From Lama guanicoe (Eukaryota): a stretch of DNA of 64,000 bases. Below are positions 52,475 to 64,000 of this stretch, piece by piece. The DNA is taken from positions 1,904,866 to 1,968,865 of the forward strand of contig MU053379.1 of NCBI GenBank assembly GCA_013239625.1. Direction: 5' to 3'. The notes beneath the pieces were generated by a model, which saw nothing but the letters and a program-made list of their open reading frames with translations, was not told where the DNA came from and ran no database searches. How positions within the stretch are numbered: position 1 is the first letter of the stretch; every line of letters starts with the position of its first letter. A program made the translations under genes and the position numbers.

Positions 52475-52904
52475 TCCAGTTTTATCTTTGTTAGAAATGC
52501 GGGGCCCCAGGTGTGTGCTCACACTCACAGGTCTCTCAGTCACCTTTAGTAACTGGGAGACAGGTGCTGTGGGATGCTCAACTGAACTCAGCCGGCCGCT
52601 GCTTCTGCTGCACAATGGTGTCAAAAATAATTAAATCTCTACAAAGACCTCCCCTCCTCCCTCAGGCCACTGCACCACACACACAAACACACTCCCAGAC
52701 ACACACACACGCGCGCACACACACACGTGCAGACATAATCTCGTGGGTTTCATCTTATGGCTGAAGCCATGGATTTGGGGCTGAGGGAGAGTATGATTTT
52801 TCATATTGTTGTAAATTACTGCTTTTGGTAGAGCTTGTTAGCATTCTTACAGAACCGCTGACAGTGCACTATGGTACAGACGCTGGCTGGGCAGTACTGA
52901 GTAT

Positions 52905-53340
52905 GCATTCGTTCATCCACCCATTCATTAACTCGTGTTTCTGGGGAGGTTGCTGTTTGCCAGATACCATCCTTGGGGCCAGGGAGTAGGTAGTGAGCAA
53001 AACCACGCCTGGTTCTCACCCGCCGGGAACTCACAGCGTCGTAGGGAGGCAGGTGGTCATCAAATCACATTCACATGTGCATTTGCCTGTTTAGTGTCCA
53101 GTACTGTTTAGTGTTATAAATGCCACAGTACTGTGAGCTCGTACAACAGATCTGAGATCAGAAGGGGTTCACAGAGAAGAGAGTGACAGTGGGGCTGGCA
53201 CCCACAGAACGAATATTGACCAGGTGAAGTTAGAGGGAAGTTGTGCAAAGGCCCTGTGGTCTGAAGGAGCAGGGCATGTTGGAGGAACTGGAACAGGGCT
53301 GCAGAACAGGAAAGAGGGAGGGGCTCCAGGTGAAGCTGGA
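52905..53340 (-). mobile_element. L2 fragment
   Basis: cattcgttcatccacccattcat tail and tgcaaaggccctgtgg motif. Confidence 0.6.
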
Positions 53341-54096
53341 GGCTTGGCAGCGACCCAACAGTGCAGGTCTTGGCGGATCATGTTCAGGAGGCGAACTGGA
53401 TTCCAGGGACTGCAGGGGATCTGCTTTCATCGGGATGGCTTCACGTTTGGAGAAGGTACCTCTGGAGCCACATGTGGAGAGACCCTTCTAGCCACTGTCT
53501 GGTGCGGACCAGAAGGGAAGACTCAACCCAGAGTGACAGTGTTGACTTTCTGCACGTTTGTGTTTCTTCTCTCACTTTTCCTTTGGATGGTGGGGCTCTG
53601 GGCTGACTTAGTCTCTGAAAGTTGGGGGTACTTATTAAAGGAAGGGTGGGTGGAATATTCTGGAAGGGTATTCCTTGGGATCTGGAGTGAGTAGGAACAC
53701 CACACACCAGCATTAATGGGTAAGACAAGGTAATTATGATGCTGGCAGGTAAACTGGTATCTCAGGTGAGTCCATCCATCAAAACTTGGCCACGAAGTTT
53801 AAGTTCCTATTTTAAACCAGTTTTTCCTTTGACGTCCAGAATAAAGCGTAAGAGGGTTTCCTTGGCAGCAAACCTCAAGTGATAGGGCACTGGGGAATGA
53901 TTTCTGACTCTTTGTAATTATGAGCTAGGCTACAATCAAAATCGATTAATAACCTGGGTGGCGCAGACCAAGGTGGGTGGGGGGAGGGAAGAAGCATAAA
54001 CGTGCTTAGCTCAGCGTCCTGCTGTTACAAGGGCTTGTTAACCTCAGGACCACTGTCACCAGCAGGAATGTCCTTCCTCACTCTCTTGCCTTTTCT

Positions 54097-54470
54097 ATTC
54101 ATTCCTTCATTCATTCAGTTCATCCTTTCAGCAAACGTGTACTGAACACCTACTATACTGGGCATTACAGGTGTCGGGGACGTAACTGTGAGCAAAGCTA
54201 CCTCCTCGTCACTGTAAAGCTTACCTTCTGGTTGGGGGGAAGTGAATGAGTAAATAAAAACCAAATAAATGTGTTATCTGGCCAAGGGGGATAAGAGCTG
54301 ATTAGAAAAATAAAGCAGGAAAAGAGAATGGAGAGAGATGGATAAGATGGTTCAGGAAGGCCTCTTTGAGGGGACACTGTCGGGTCAAGATGGGGGCGGA
54401 GGGCATGGACTATGCAGGTGACTAGGAAGCTGGAGCAGCAGGTGCAAAGGCCCTGTGGCAGGAGGGGCTT
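54097..54470 (-). mobile_element. L2 fragment
   Basis: attcattccttcattcattca..gtactgaacacctactat..caggtgcaaaggccctgtggcagg motifs. Confidence 0.7.
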
Positions 54471-55389
54471 TCAGGGCTTGTGGAGGAGGGAGGAGTCTAG
54501 CACAGTGTGGAGAATGCTGTACTGTGTGTGCCAAGCTTCTGTTACTGTATAACTACAAGTCGCTAATAACAGGAGTGGGCCCCTCCTCTGGGTGGAGGTG
54601 GGGGGCGGCTCTGATAGACATGGTTGGTGTCCACTGTCAGTTTTCTTTCCTTGTTCCTTGGGGCTCTGATTCCACCTCCCTCCGTCCCTCAGCACAGCTT
54701 AAGTCAGCAGCCATTCCTATACGAGGCAAAGGGTCCTAGAAGAAACGTCTTGAGAATTTTAGCAAGTCAAAATATTATTGTGTTGCCTGGCTGTCCGTCA
54801 GTTCTCAAGATTGACAAAAATCCCCATTTGTCTGGCAACATGGTGATGGAGGGGCAGGTGTCCCATGAAACATGCAACACAGAAATAAGCAATGGGAGTT
54901 GTGCTGAAGTAGAAATGGAAGGAAATACATCTTTGGGTGAAGTGGAACCACACAAGTGATATTTGAGATGTCTGCTCTGCGTGCGATAGATGATGCCTCT
55001 GCCACGAGGATCCTTTCTGACGTTTACACGGACATCTACCATGTGCCGGCTCTCTGCTGGGGGCCGGGAAGCATCTTTCAGTGTGTCAGCATCTTGGTAA
55101 ACATGCTCACAGTTTGTGTGATTCACTCTCTGTGAATAAATGCCGTGATCTGGGCTGATCGATCGGGGTGCCAGGGCCTGCAGATGGGGGAGAAAATGCC
55201 ACCTCTTATCTGTGGGCGGAAACGCGAAAACCAGAAGTTCTCCTAAGGATGATGATTGCACGATGAGCGATCTGAGTCTGTGAGAAGTTCCAGAAACCTG
55301 ATTACTGTTGATGATGATAACACGATTAATTAAAGCCGTGGAGGAATTAGTCTAATTGACTGCAGTGGGAGGAAGAAAAAAATTGGTTT

Positions 55390-55467
55390 AAAAGAAAAAT
55401 AAAGTGAGTTTTATTTATTTATTTTCCCAAAAGAAAAATAAAGTGAGTTTTATTTATTTATTTTCCC
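55390..55467. repeat. Perfect 39-bp tandem duplication
   Basis: aaaagaaaaataaagtgagttttatttatttattttccc at 55390-55428 and 55429-55467. Confidence 0.95.
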
Positions 55468-56959
55468 ACCCAAGAGTCATTGTGATTAAAATTAAGCAAC
55501 TTCCTCATCTTTCTACAAGCGAACACGGAGAGGCTGTTACCTGTGCTCGGGGGGCTGGGCGGCTGGCAGGCATGAGATGAGAACTCGTGTCTCTGCTGAT
55601 GCTGGAGCTGCCCATGGCCCCCGGTGCGACCAGAGTCTCTCTGTACAGAGCCCCTCCCTCTGGGCTTTCCAGGCGACATAGAAACCTCTGGAATGAACTA
55701 AAACAAGATAACTCAAGTGTGCAAATGCGGAGGGGAAGAAGAGGGGTTAATGACAGTTCCCCTCCATTGCCTGATCTGTCTTTTCCCAGCCAGAAATTAA
55801 GTTGTGAACAAACACAGCACATTGGGCGGGAGAGGCTCCAGCAGGAGGCTGTGAGGCCGCAGCTGGGCGAGGGGACGGGACTGCACATCGCTCAGTGCTC
55901 CGATGCACTCTCTCGAGTGGCCGCCCTGTGTCTCTGCGGCAAAGCCTGCAAAATTATGAGCTTTCAGCTCTGACAATGACCACTGACTCGGCTGCCAAAA
56001 CATATTTTCCACCCATTTCTGATCAGGCTTCTGTTTAAATAGAGAGGAGAGGTGATCTCCTTTCAGAGTGATTCCAGCCTGATTCTCTGGGTGCCAGGGG
56101 GCAAAGTCCTCAAGTCCAGTTGGAATGAGCTGATTTATCTTCTTTGGCAGCCCTGATCAGCGCCCTCCCAAGAGGCTGGGCTATAACTGGGAGGTAATCA
56201 AGATGATACACTTACTTCTCCGGTGCTGCTGGGCTCGCCCAGTCCTTTTTCCATAGACATTATCACTCAGACAGCTGCTGTTCATGGCTGCGCTTGTTGA
56301 AGCCCCTACTTTAGGAAGAGAAATCTGGTGGTTTTTCAAACGCCGTCAAATTCAGAAAACATAGAGGAGGAGCCGGCTTTCCTTGAACATATTTCTATAG
56401 AAATTGAGGGTTGTTTTTTTTTTCACTTTCACCTGGGCGAAAATAGAATGACCGTTTGTCCTGTGAAATGACATAGGCATGTGCGTAACACACACGTGAT
56501 ACTCAGCTCGCACGTGTGTGCAACATGCCTGTGATAATCCGTTCGCGTGCGTGGACGGATGTTCTGTGTTTCTTCGTCGGGTCTTCGGAGCTTCCGGGGG
56601 TGATTTTACCTGTTTTCTTTGTCCTGCTGGGTCAGGGGCTTCATCAGGGTGCAGCTTGGTGTGTTTGCGTGACCTCCACATTACCCCTGCTGACTCCTGC
56701 TTAGAAACCTTGAGAACTGTTTGCCTCTTGACCTGTTTTATCCACCACCTGCTTCCACCCTCGAGCTGAAAGCTTTCTTCGGTCGGACATTGCTTATTAA
56801 TTTCTTATGACCCCAGCACTTCCAGCTGTTCCGTGCTTCCTTCTCCTTCTCTGTCAGTCAGACTCTAAAGGCTCCACCCAGTCTGGGGTGATGTCCTAAC
56901 CCACCCCTGTACTCCCCCGACTCCTCACCGCGTGCTTGAGACGCAGGTGTTGAGTCAGA

Positions 56960-57215
56960 CCTTTGTCCTTCCCCCGAGTGGCTCTTCGGGGGGCTGTCCT
57001 GATCCAAGGCGCACCATCACGTGCGCCTTCTACTTCTGCTGTGTGCTACCTCGTGGCGTGCATCACCACCTCTAGCGTCAGGCATTTCTTTGTTAATTTT
57101 CCCCACCCCCAGTACACGGTTCATGAGAGTCCGGATTTGTTTTGTTTATTGCTGAATTTCCAGCTTAGGACAGTGGCTGACACAGCAGACCGATACAGGT
57201 TTTATTCACTGAAAA
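56960..57215 (+). mobile_element. L2 3' fragment
   Basis: catgagagt..tgttttgtttattgctgaatttccagc..ggacagtggctgacacag motif. Confidence 0.5.
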
Positions 57216-57261
57216 TATAATGGCTTAACTGACACAGACGGAAACATGAGAGCCACCCGTA

Positions 57262-59095
57262 CTCCCCGCTAGCATCATGCTCAGCGGCGAAGGACTGAAC
57301 GCTTTCCCTCTAAGATCAGGAACAAGACAAAGATGCCTTCTTTCGCTACTTCTGTTTGACAGGGTACTGGAAGTCCTAGCCGGAGCAGCTGGACAAGAAA
57401 AAGAAATAAAGCCATCCAAATTGGGAAGGAAGAAGTAAAAATTGTCTTTGTAAATAGTTTAATCTTTGTGTGAAAAGCTCTCAAGATTTTTACACCGAGA
57501 AACTAATTGATTCAGCAAGATCGCCAGATGTTAGTACTACCCGAAGTAATCTACAGATTTAATGTAATCTCTCTCAAAATCCCAATGGTCGTCTTGTTTT
57601 TTTTCAGAAATAGAAAAACACACTCTAAAATTCATACGGAATCTCAAGGGACCCTAAATAGCCAAAATATCTTGAAAAATAAGAACAAAGTTCACGATCT
57701 CACACTTCTTGATTTCAAAACTCATTACAAAGCTACAGTAATTAAAACAGTGTGATACTGGCATAAAGACAGTCCTATAAACCACTGAAATAGAATAGAG
57801 AGCCCAGAAATCAACCTTCACATATACGGTTAAAAGATTTTGACAGAGGTGCCAAGACCATACAATGGGGAAAGGATATTTTTTTTTAAAATGGTGCTCA
57901 AAGACCTGGACACCCACATGCAAAAGAATGAAGTTGGACCTGTACCTTACACTGTATACAAAAATTAACTCAAAATGGATCAAAGACCTAAGTGAAAGAC
58001 CTGAAACTATAAAACCCTTGGGAAGAAAACATAGGGCAGAATCTTCACAACATTGGATTGGCAATGATTTCTTGGATATGACGCCAAAAGCAGAGGCAAC
58101 AACTGTCAAAGTAGATACATTGGACATGTGCATCTAAGGACATAATTGACTGACTGAAAAGGCGACCTACAGAATGGAATAAAATACTTGTGAATCATAT
58201 AGCTGACAAAAGGTTACTGTCCAGAATATGTAAAGAACATCTACAAGTCAACAATGAAAACTCCAAACAACCCAATTAAAAAATGAGCAAAGGACTCAAA
58301 TAACATTTCTTGAGAGAAGTTGTACAAATGGGCAACAAACATATGAAAAAAATGCTCAATATCATAAATCATTTGTGAGATACAAGCCAAAAACCACAAT
58401 GAGAAGCCACCTTATACTCATTAGGATGGCTGCTATTTAAAAAAGAGAACTTAACAAGTGTTGCTGGGAATGCGGATAAATTAGAGCCCTTGTGCACTGT
58501 TGACGGGGTTGTATGTGGTGCAGCCATGTGGAAAACAGTACAGAGGGGCCTCTCAAGTTAAAAATAGAACTAGCAATCCCACATCTGGACACGTATTCAG
58601 AAGAACTGAAACAGGCTCTCAGAGAGATGTTCGTACACTCATGTTCATAGCAACACCATTCACAACAGCCAAAAGGTAGAAGCAGATGAAATGTCCAACA
58701 AGCAGTGAATGGATAGACAAAAAAAAGTGTGTAGCCATACAATGGCATATTATTCTGCCTGAAAAAAGGATGGGAATTCTGACACATGCTACAGCATAGA
58801 TGAACCTTGAGGACATTATGCTAAGAGAAATAAGCCAGTCATAAAAAGGCAAATGCTGTATAATTTCCCTTATATGAGGCACATTCACAGAAACAAAGTA
58901 GAATGGTGGCTGCCAGGGGCTGGGGTGGGGGCAGAATTGTTTAACTGGGACAGAGTTTCAGTTTTGCAAGATGAAAAAGTTCTGGAGATCGGTTGCACAA
59001 CAATGTGAATAAACTGAATGCTCCTGAACTGTTCACTTACACATGGTTAAGATGATGCATTTTATGTTGCATGCATTTTGCCACAATTTAAAAAA
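57262..59095 (+). mobile_element. Old L1 (L1MA/MB-like), decayed ORF2 plus 3'UTR with internal deletions
   Basis: Translates to [17 protein letters not shown].., IYRFNVISLKIP.., DFKTHYKATVIKTV and KINSKWIKDL. The 3' end is ttttgccacaatttaaaaa. Confidence 0.9.
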
Positions 59096-60075
59096 TCACC
59101 CATAATCCCACCACCATTTGACCGATTTTAACATTTGGATATGTAACTATGTGAGGTTTATAGATTTTTCTTTCCTATGTGAGTGTGTTTGCAAACACAC
59201 TCACACACACACCATTTATTGTGCTGGCCTGACAGTGTTGTGAGCACGGGAAGGCACACATTAAAGGAGCACAGGCAGAGCCATAGTTGAATAATTACAG
59301 AAAAACCAGTTGTGCTCTGGTAATTAAATGCTAAGAATGCCAGAGTGCCACGGGGACAGAGCGGGAAAGTTTTGCAAAGGAGGAGGCATCTGAGTTGGGC
59401 TTTAAAGTATGAGTAGGAGTTTTACAGGCAGAGAAAGAGGATCAGAGCATTCCAGGAAGAGGGATGGCACGTGAAAAGGTGTGGAGCAGGGAAAGCCTGC
59501 GAGGAGTTTGGGAAACAGTGACAAGGCCTATGGATGTGGTGAGCTATTGGGACGGGACAGGCAACTAGGGGCTGGAGCCTGGACGAAGTGGCCGGGTTCC
59601 AATCTGGGGGCTTCAGTCTTCTAGCCCTCAGTCAGCGGGGGTAGTCCCCCTCCCTTCCCCAGAGGTATTTTCGGTTCATTTGTTTTTTTAATAATGAGAA
59701 TGACATTTTGGCTGCAACATGACATGAAAATGATCCCCCGGAACCACTCGTCACTGCAGAAGCTGAACATGCCTTTGAACGTGACGTTCGCTGCTCTGTG
59801 GAAGGACACGGCCCGTGTCCTGGTGCTCCCAGTGGGTTAAACTTCTAATGTGTGTGGGAATTCACCAAGAGGTGGGCTCCCTTTTTGGTTGCTTTCCGAA
59901 TCTGCACACTTCCAGAGAGACCGCGTGCATGTACAGGGCTCATTAACCTCCGTTCTCCAGAATGGCGCTGCCTAATGGGGATGTAATGCAAAGTGCATGT
60001 GTGCTTGTTCAATGTACGTTTGTATTTTACTCATAAATGCTAACTACTAACATTTGCTGAGCACTTACTTTGCTT

Positions 60076-61082
60076 TTGTTTTTGTTTCCCTTTTTTAAAT
60101 TGAAGTATAGTCAGTTTACAATGTTGTTTTCTGGTGTACAGCATAGTGATTCAGTTATACACACACATACATATATATATTCCTTTTTCATATTCTTTTT
60201 CACTGTAGGCAATTACAGGGTATTGAATATAGTTCCGTGTGCTATACAATATAAACTTATCTATTTTATGTATAGTTGTGTGTATCTGCAAATCCCAAAC
60301 TCCCAGTTTATCCCTCCACCCTCCCCTTGCCCTGCTGGTAACCAAAGTCTGTTTTCTATGTCTGTGAGTCTGTTTCTGTCTTGTAAATAAGTTCTTTTGT
60401 GTCGTTTTTTTAGATTCCACATATAAGTGATATCATATGGTATTTTTCTTTGGTTTAATTTCCAGAATATACAAATAGCTCATACAACTCAATAACAACA
60501 ACAACAAAAAGCAAATAACCAATCCAAAAATGGGTAGAAGACCTAAACAAACGTTTCTCCAATGAAGACACATGAATGGCCAACAGGCACATGAAAAATT
60601 TGCTCAATATTGCTAATTATCAAAGAAACGCAAGTCAAAACTACAATGAGGCATCACCTCACACCAGTCAGAACGGCCACAAATGATAAGTGCTGGAGAG
60701 GGTGTGGAGAAAAGGAAACCCTCTTGCACTGTTGGTGGGAATGTAGTTTGCTGCAGCCATTATGCAAAACACTATGGAGGTTCCTTAAAAAATTAAAACT
60801 AGACTTACCCTCTGATCCAGCAATGCCACTCCTGGGCATATATCTGGGGAAAACTCTTAATTTGAAAACATACATGCACCCCCTTGTTCACAACAGCACT
60901 ATTTACAATAGCCAAGACATGGAAGCAACCTAAGTGTCCATGGACAGATGACTGGCTAAAGAAAATGTATACACACACACACACACACACACAAAGGAAT
61001 ACTACTCAACTGTAAAAAAGAAGGAAATAATTCCATTTGCAGCAACATGGATGGACCTAGAGATTATCATACTGAGTGAAGT
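60076..61082 (-). mobile_element. Young L1 with 5' inversion (twin-priming structure)
   Basis: Minus-strand 3' segment 60076-60451 is joined to plus-strand segment 60452-61082. About 13 nt are missing between the pieces relative to 44961-45020. Confidence 0.85.
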
Positions 61083-61084
61083 CG

Positions 61085-61352
61085 CCACGTGTATTTTGTT
61101 TCTAATAGTTATGTTAAGTAAAGTAAAAAGAAAGAAATGAAATGAACTTTAATATTTAACCCATTTTATTACTTGTTGAAATAATATTATTTCAAGATGT
61201 AATCAATACAAACTCACTACTGAGGGATTACAGTCTCTTTTTCATTCAGTGTCTTTGGCACTTACAGCCACTTACAGTCTCGATTCAGACCGGCCACGGT
61301 GCCTGTGCCAAGCAGCCAGGTGTCGGTGGTGGCCGCCATGTTGGGCAGAGCA
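61085..61352 (+). mobile_element. MER33-like hAT-Charlie element (partial)
   Basis: ttatttcaagatgtaatcaata, cacttacagc and gtggccgccatgttgggcagagca terminus. Confidence 0.65.
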
Positions 61353-62969
61353 CGTCTAGAACAGGCAGTGAATGGTTTAAGAGAAATAAACAAGAGCCAT
61401 TCATTCTCGAACCCTTTGTTTGGAATAAAACGTGATCAGGATCAGCACCCTTTGAAAAGAGTTTGCTCACAGCGCAGATCAAATTACTCCCCTGGCATTT
61501 AGGAAGGTTTAAGCTGATGGAGTATAATTTTCACTGACACTTTCATTTGCCAGGATCATATGGTGTCTAAAAAATACGCAGTCATGTCAAATCATGGTAA
61601 TTAGTGCCAGAAGCAGCTTGCCAGCGGTAGGCAGGCAGACTCCAGCCCCTCCACTTGCCAGCCCTGCATTTGGATGTTCTTTTGCTTGTTCATCCCAGTC
61701 AACAGAGCTGAATTCTGCTTCAGGGCACATCCACATGGCCTGTGTGAGTAGGGGTGGGATTGAATTTAGAGGATAACTTGGCCCGGAGGGTAAATGAGAA
61801 GATGTTCATTACTGTCACTACCCGAGGTAGCAAACACGAGACCCTTTGCTGTGTATTTGTAGTCATGTCCATTTCAACCCCACTCAGTAGAATCAGTGTG
61901 TTCTGTCTCAATATAAGCGCATAATACCCACTCTTCAAGTTTCCCCTCATTCCCTTTCTTGCGTATTTTTAACATGCAGATTTGGAACTCTTAAATCATA
62001 CATTATCTCCTTCTCATTAGCAAAGATTCTTCCGCAAGCCATATGCTTTTCTTGTCTCAAAATACAAATGATTTGTTTTTCATCATAATCAGTTAGGTTC
62101 TCGCCAAAGGTATGAAATAATTATTTGAGATGCAAATCTTGATGCTCAGGCCTCCCATCAGGATAACAAACCAGTTGGAAACCAGGGCATTTGGAGAGAA
62201 AATGAGACCTGAGCCCAGGAGTTTGGTGGTGTTTTCAAACTTTGAACAAAAGCAAATCCTAAAAACAACTTATTAGACAGCAAACATTCATCATTTTCAA
62301 AAGAAAGACTGGCTTTGTCCTTATCTCTTGTTTCATTTTTACCTTGAAAATAGATGCGTTTTTTGAAATGTGAATGATTATAAAGGGAAAGATGGTGCCT
62401 TAAAAAAAAGTGGTAATTAAACAGATAGGGAGCATACAAGGTGAAGACTGAGGCTAGAGGAGACAGGGAGGCTGTTTGCCAATATTATGGAAGGTGGAAG
62501 CTTCCGGGAAAGAACGCAAATGGAAGCTATCTTTGTGATGCTGAAAGGGCTATTCGTTCCTGATGCAGTCGTGTGAGGCTTGGAGAAGGCTTGTTACATC
62601 ACACCCTTTGCTCTCTGAGGACCGTCAAGAGGAGGTGAGATTCCCGTGGGAGGTGAGATGCTGATAGGAAGTAAGAAACACGGCTCATTCTCCTTCAACC
62701 CGGGCAGGGGAGAGGGTCCCCTACTGGGGAAATCAGCACCATTTTCTTCGAACACTGCTTTAGAGGAATGTAACCCACCTCGTTGCGTTACAGGTGTTTT
62801 ATACTGCTTTTTCCTTTCCAGTAAATCTTTCCTTTCTGCTCATTTCAAGAATTGGAGCCTTCTCTTTTCTCTTGTTGATAATCATTTCCTTCTGGCTCGT
62901 GATTTAACTTCTAAGACTCCTAACTGATATGCCTTCATTACTTAACTTTACCGCAATCTTTTTCTTCTT

Positions 62970-63775
62970 CAAAAAGCCTGCTGAGATTTTTTGATTGGGA
63001 TTGTGTTGGATCTATAGGTCAGAGAGAACTGATATCTTAACAATAATGTGTCTTCCAGCACATGAATGTGGTATACCTCTCCATTTATTAAGAGTTTAAT
63101 TTCTGTCTGCAGTTTAATTTCTGTCTAAGGTTTTGTATTTTTCAGTGCACAGATCCTGCACATCATATGTCAGATTAATCCTGGATTTATTACGTTTTTA
63201 TGCTACTTTAAATGGTATTGCTTTTTAAACTTTTAAATTTCTGGTATTTTGCCTTAATTTCAAGTTTTGATTGCTCATTGATAGCATTTAAAATTACAGC
63301 AGACATTTGCATATTGATTTTTGTATCCTGTAGCCTACTAAATCAAATATTCATTCTAGTATCTTTTTATATATTACATTAGTTTCTTTTTAAATAGAGG
63401 CTTATGTTGTCTGCAAATAAATACGGCTTTACTTCAATCTTTACAATCTGTGTGCTTTTTATTTCTTTTTCTTGACTTATTGCACTGGCTGGAGCTTCTG
63501 TAATATTGAACAGAAGCAGGGAGAGTGGACATCCTTGTCTTGTTTCATATGGGGGAAAAGCATTCCAGTCTTTCACCGTTTAGTGTGGTATAAGCTATAG
63601 GCTTTTCCTATTTTCTGTTTATCAGTTGAAGAAGTTCCTCTGTATTCCTAGTTTGCTGAGACTTTTTTAAAAATCAAAAATGATACTGGATTTTGTCAAG
63701 TGCTTTTTATGCATCTAGTGAGATGATCATAAAGTTTCTCGTTTTAATTTATTGATACGGTGAATTACATCAATT
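62970..63775 (-). mobile_element. Old L1 ORF2 fragments
   Basis: ORF 63379-63576 ([26 protein letters not shown]) is an RT-domain remnant. Confidence 0.85.
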
Positions 63776-63777
63776 GA

Positions 63778-63990
63778 TTTTTTAAAATTGATGTGTGGTT
63801 GATTTACTGCATTGTGTTAGTTTCCAGTGTATAGCAAAGTGATTCAGTTTTATATATGTATATATATCCATATGTATTCTTTTTTCAGATTTTTTCCATT
63901 ATAGTTATGATAATAAGACATTAAACATAGTTCCCTGTGCCATACAGTAGGACCTTGTTATTTATTTGTTTTATATACAGTAGTTAATCT
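63778..63990 (-). mobile_element. Young L1 3' end
   Basis: tttttaaaattga..gtgattcagtt..ccctgtgccatacagtaggaccttg, the same type as 15256-15811. Confidence 0.85.
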
Positions 63991-64000
63991 CAAGCTTCCA

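Noticed and set aside
63093..63126. Short direct repeats (agtttaatttctgtct x2; also 10-bp repeats near 16795 and 61260)
   Set aside because: Ordinary slippage-type duplications in or near decayed repeats.
513..63576. Numerous six-frame ORFs of 60-266 aa
   Set aside because: They have low-complexity P/G/R/S-rich composition, overlap in all frames, often use non-ATG starts and show no recognisable domains. This is expected by chance in GC-rich mammalian DNA.
5395..63990. Minus-strand bias of younger L1s (6 of 9) as evidence for a plus-strand host gene
   Set aside because: The sample is too small to differ from chance.

Overview
Non-coding, repeat-rich mammalian genomic DNA, probably camelid (alpaca/camel). 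The lineage call rests on four tRNA-derived SINEs with a Vic-1-like layout and on the style of the young L1 3' ends; it is inferred, not confirmed by a search. I found no supportable protein-coding exon, RNA gene or prokaryote-type system. The only ORFs with recognisable protein motifs are decayed L1 ORF2 fragments. The window holds old eutherian repeats (L2, MIR, L1M, MLT1, LTR16/33-like, MER2/3/33/58), younger L1 and SINE insertions (several with visible TSDs, some nested), a solo ERV LTR, and unique islands rich in homeodomain-type motifs that suggest a regulatory gene desert or large intron. The most notable observations are: two independent 5'-inverted L1s, 22.6 kb apart, whose inverted segments begin at the same L1 nucleotide; a degenerate 8/24-bp higher-order minisatellite; a candidate L1 3' transduction; and a perfect 39-bp tandem duplication. 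Repeat subfamily names come from recalled consensus resemblance, and most boundaries are approximate.
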